In this document: one piece after another, positions 59,401-64,000 of the stretch
Position numbering within the stretch: the first letter of the stretch is position 1
Layout: the number at the start of each line of letters is the position of its first letter
NCBI GenBank assembly: GCA_949358305.1
Contig: OX442314.1
Location: 17,980,001-18,044,000 of the forward strand
From: Strigamia acuminata
Lineage: Eukaryota
Reading direction: 5' to 3'
DNA: 64,000 nt
Made by a program: the position numbers and the translations under genes
The notes under the pieces: model-generated
Seen by the model: only the letters and a program-made list of their open reading frames with translations
What the model was told of the DNA's origin: nothing
Databases searched by the model: none

Positions 59401-61078
59401 ACCCCATTACAATTTCATTGCTCTTCCTTTTACCTCAAATTGAAGCAACAAAAAAATCCCACACGCATACCCAAGTTCTCCCAGCAACACTCAAGTATTT
59501 TGTTTACTGTAACAAACAGCAATCGTATCCCAAATTGCGAATCATTCCTGCACCTGAAAAGAACATTAAAATGAGTTCTTTTCATTTATATTTAATGACT
59601 AATAAGCTAGGACGAGCTAAACTTATTTAAAAACCATGACAACTAAAGCCCTTTTAAAACATAAACCGTTGTTTTACAATCTGAGTTGTATTAAAAAGTC
59701 GTCGTAACACTTGTTGTATTCCTCAAACGAGTCATTCGACTAACCGTTTCCTTTTTTTAATACCACAAGAACTAGGATTCTTTACGATTGCAGCACACAA
59801 TACAAAGTGAAGGCAATAACTTTTTTTTCTTTTTGAGATGTCTAGCAACCCCACAAAATAAATGGTGGGTGTGGGTGAAGCATAGCCTGGCTTGTTTTCT
59901 GCTTGGTCGCCCTTCAATGTCTTCTTCTCCCCAAACTTTTTCGCTTGGTTAAAAGCAATGATTGAAAACCAAAGAGTGAGAATTAGAGAGAACGGGAGAA
60001 GAGAAAAAAAAGTTAAGGTTCTTTTTGCTGACTTAAGCGATGGAAAAGCACTATTTTTAGTAAACTTTGTGACAAAAAGAAATGTGGTAAGCCACTAATT
60101 GAGTTTACTCTCCTTGCCACACTCCAGATGGGATAAAACGCATCAAAAATCATGTTAAGCATGTTTTGTTTGCCACGCGTTACGTTTTATACCAATTAAG
60201 AATTTGCTAACAAAACAAATCAGGATGGACATGCTTTCCAGCGATGCTTTTCTTTCCTCTTTATTTTTCTCCAAAGTTAGGCTCAAGGTAAACATTAAAC
60301 AAATCAATAATTGAAACTTACATTTAAAATTTAAATTCAAATTTAGAAAAACGTCACTTCACTTCTCCACTTCCATTTCCTAAGTTGTCAAAACATGGTT
60401 TCTGCTTAAAGTTCACAGCCTTTGATTTTCAAAAATTGTGTCAGTTGAAATAAGTGTTTAAAAAAGATAACATTTTAATGGAAATCTGGGACATTCAATC
60501 TTGCTGACAATAAATGTCATTTCCTTTTTTCCATGCAAAAAAAGAAAGAAATATTTTTTTAAAATCTAAACAGACGTAAAATAAACATTTAGCAAACTGT
60601 GCACCATATTTTATTAAATATCTTTGCCTTCCTTTTAAAAGATTCATTGCTTAGTATTTAGTATTCACCGAATGTGTCAAGCTACAGACATCACTAAGAC
60701 TTAGCTTATCACCACGCATGAGCAAATTTAATTGCAACCCAAATTTAAAAAGTGTCGCTTTAAAGTTTAAACCACACTCAGCTCAAACTGTTTAATCTTG
60801 AATCGGATGGACTCAACACCTAGAACTTTGACTCTACTAACTATCTATAACATCAATCCCATGATGCAATTAGTCAACAAAAAAAAGCAGCAGCAACTAG
60901 TTTTAATTATTAACTCAAGGCCGACTAAGATTACCGAATTCACTTGACATCACTATAAATTTCCACCCGAATCTAAACACGAAAAGTAAAAGCTTAGCCA
61001 TAATAGCACTCGCACATAAAGCACCTTATATTAAGTAAAATTAAATTTCTTTTAAATATAAATTAACGAATGCTTTAG

Positions 61079-61211
61079 TGGACGCAAGCACGAAGTCATT
61101 TAAACTTGTTTATATTTTTTAAACCACTCTAAATGTAAAATTTTACGTGTTAAATTTTAAAAATTGATTTAAAAAATACAAACAAGTTTAAATGACCTTA
61201 CGAATGCGCCT
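61079..61211. mobile_element. Short palindromic Harbinger-like MITE remnant
   Basis: gtcatttaaacttgttt / aaacaagtttaaatgac inverted repeat and right end cgaatgcgccta. Confidence 0.55.
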
Positions 61212-62176
61212 AGTAGTATTTTCATTTCTATAAGGAAATCCTGCGTTTTTATTGGGAAACATATGTTTGTTTCATTAAAAAAATAATAATTTAAACATGT
61301 GACAGCCGCACTACAATTCATTTCGAATGTAACATAAACTTAAATTGAATTAGACAAGTTCTTGAAGCACCTTACAAGTCAAGAGACAAAAACAAAAGCA
61401 GAAAAGTCATTTACGAAATTAAAAAGTTTCCTTCCCTAGATTTATAGATTATAATAAGACTGTTTACGTTTCTCCAGCCAACGGGGACTTCAATTTCAAA
61501 AATAGAAATTCAAACTCCCACATTTCCAGACGTAATTAATGAAAACAGAGAAGGAATATCCAATTTTCTTTTGATATATATACACTCATATTAATAGACG
61601 CTGTTTCAGCGCTGAGTCAACATAATTTCGATTGGAATTGGAACCTAGAGGTTGCTCTACTATGGGAAGTATCAATAAAAACAATAAACCTTCTAAGGCG
61701 TCGAAGCTGAGTCAGACATTTGCAATGAGTTTGCTTTAAAGGCAACGTTACATTTTCTGTTCAACAAGTTGAGGCATTCGAGGCACAAAACTTGGAGACT
61801 TTCCAAAAAAAGGGGAAAAACGCTTTTTTTATATCAAGAAAAAATAAAAATTAAATAAAAACACTCCTGACAAAGATGAAATACATGGTGCAAGTGGTTT
61901 CAACCTGCTTATTCCGAAACAAGGCGTGTTAAATTAATTTAATTGAGCCTTGCAACCTGTGCCTTTCCCAAATGCTCCCATCATGCACTCCTAATGGACC
62001 TTGTTTTGTAAATAAACTACAATTAGCCTTAAATTTAATCAAGTGCACCCATTTGTTTCCCAAAGTCATAAAAAGTTTTAAAAATCTCAAAGTTACGAAA
62101 TAAATTACATTACCATAAATTAAATTTATTATTATGGTATATATTTTTTTTAATATTTATAAAAGCTAAAACTCAC

Positions 62177-62256
62177 CCAGAAAACATTCTAGAAGATATG
62201 CTTCGTCGTCTTGTATCCCTCGGTTGATCACTTTTGATCATAGTAGATGTAAGCAT
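62177..62256 (-). CDS. GLCE: Possible upstream coding exon of GLCE (MLTSTMIKSDQPRDTRRRSISSRMFSG)
   Basis: Strong donor TGG|GTGAGT at 62177/62176 in phase 2, matching the phase of the acceptor at 44220 (GG+A CTG CTG TCA CTT GTG CTA AGG ATG). It lies in a less AT-rich, exon-like block (~62177-62750). The splice is inferred only. Confidence 0.45.
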
Positions 62257-63578
62257 TCATGTCAAACCTGAGGCTTGCGACCCCGAGTGTTGCAAGGCGA
62301 GATATGGCACAGACAGAACAGCTCAAGCGACTAGTAACAACTCTGGCCGTCACCTGCAGAGGCACCTGCATGTGAATGCGGCGCTCGATTTCGATCGTTT
62401 CACCACACCTGCCCGCGATTTACATTATCTCTGCACACAGCCAGAGACTGAGCGCGTTTTGTCAACACTTAAAAGTGGGATAAATTTCTCTCGATAATTG
62501 CGAGACACTCGGAAATCAAATCGCTATTTCCAGAGTTTCGTGTGCAGGAATTGTGCCAAGTTTCGTTGACGTTCCTCTCACTATTCGGAGTGTCGAGGGG
62601 TCTTGGAATTCCTTGCCTCCGAGGCACATGGCATGGAAGGAAGTGGAGCAGGTCCACTCGTAGTTCAAGGGTTGGTGGACTTTCTTTCCAAGGCCAATAA
62701 AATAGGGAAAAGTACGTCGATCCGTCCGCGTGCATATGTTAGGCCCATTTTCACTATTTTTTAAAAGAAACCTGCGTTCCGTTCATCACTTTCTTGGACA
62801 AGTTTCAAGCTACGAAACTTTAAATTCCGACTGCACGAAGTACTGATTAAACAAGTTTATTTTTGTATCTCAAAAAAATAAAAATGAAAATAAAAATGAA
62901 ATAAAACTTTCATGAAAAAAATCTGCGAAATTGCGTGAAAGAGCCAAACTCATCAAAACCTGAAATGAAAATGAGAAATAAATTTATCACGAAGAGGAAC
63001 ACACCCAAACCGACAACAACCATGAATAAATAAAAATAAAAATAAAAATAAAGGCTAAAACAAAAGATAAGCTGTAAAACTGAATGTTTGACACATGGTG
63101 GACGATGAGACAGGTCAACGAGTCAAGCAGGAAATTAAAATGTGCCTCACTAGTGTCCGAAGAGACAAGAGTGGCACGCACAAGAGAAAATTGCCCAATT
63201 CCCTTGCTTATGTGAGGGAGAGTCACGAAAAAGGATCAAGACAAAGTCATCAGCAAAGTCGTCATGTACTTAAATACTGAACACTCAAGCGACCACATCA
63301 TCGCTCTCAACTTAATGTCTACTTCATACCACGACAACAAATAGAAAACTAAAACTCTTCCGCATCGGAAAACATCTTTTTTCAGTCTGTTGGTTCCCCC
63401 AACCGCGAAAAACCGTGTGAATTGCATGCAATATGTACAATAGAGTACAATGCAGGTGAAAACTGTTGCAAATAATATAAGATCTAATAAAAGCTGAGGG
63501 CTTTTCCTTGTTTCGACGATTCACTGATCTCAAGTATTAAAAAAAAAAGATGAAAAATCGTTGTACTTTTCAATAAGT

Positions 63579-63799
63579 AGGTGCGTTCCAACACATTTGG
63601 TGTCTCCTGTGTAATGTCAAATTTAATGACGTCACTTACTTTTCAGCCGTGTGTCTGCACCCAGTGTCAGCTAACGATTCGCATTTTATACGTAACGACA
63701 CTCGTTTCAGAGTTATAGCGGTGTTTTGGAGCGCCAACCAAATTTTTATAGCCAACCTACCAGAAATGTGATCCTTGGCGAATATTTCGGAACGCACCT
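63579..63799. mobile_element. MITE with AGGTGCGTTCC...GGAACGCACCT TIRs (Harbinger-like)
   Basis: 11-bp perfect terminal inverted repeat that extends imperfectly inward, with no coding capacity. Confidence 0.65.
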
Positions 63800-64000
63800 G
63801 TAACAGCTTTTCTTTTTCAACGATTATCAGACGTCAAGATATTTCTTCATTCGCCCCCTACAGGCCTAGATCTCTCAAGACATGTCGCGTGGTGGTGAGT
63901 TAATCTTTAACTTTAGAAAATCCAGTTCAGTATATAATGTAATCTGGGCGCCATGCAGTTTCTACTGCAAAAGAAGAGTAAACAGATCAAAAGATCATGA

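Overview
AT-rich eukaryotic genomic DNA, most likely from an arthropod, with spliceosomal GT-AG introns. I could assemble three intron-containing host genes by hand. (1) A neuropeptide-like precursor 1 (NPLP1-type) prohormone on the minus strand: a signal-peptide exon at 27183-27257, a ~14.7 kb intron, and a large peptide exon at 11324-12514 (~421 aa in total). (2) A six-exon cation-dependent mannose-6-phosphate receptor homologue on the plus strand (32852-34035, 282 aa), which the ORF track almost entirely misses. (3) A heparan-sulfate D-glucuronyl C5-epimerase on the minus strand (coding exons 36073-44198, 615 aa), possibly with another coding exon at ~62177-62256. The window starts in the 3' end of an intact-looking Ty1/copia retrotransposon (RT-RNase H, PPT, 207-bp 3' LTR). 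It also holds a decayed, internally deleted Ty3/gypsy element (~50560-52500) and many MITEs of Tc1/mariner-pogo, Harbinger-like, Mutator-like and hAT-like type, some nested. I saw no rRNA, tRNA or CRISPR array. All gene models and family calls come from reading the sequence and recalling family motifs; no database search was run.
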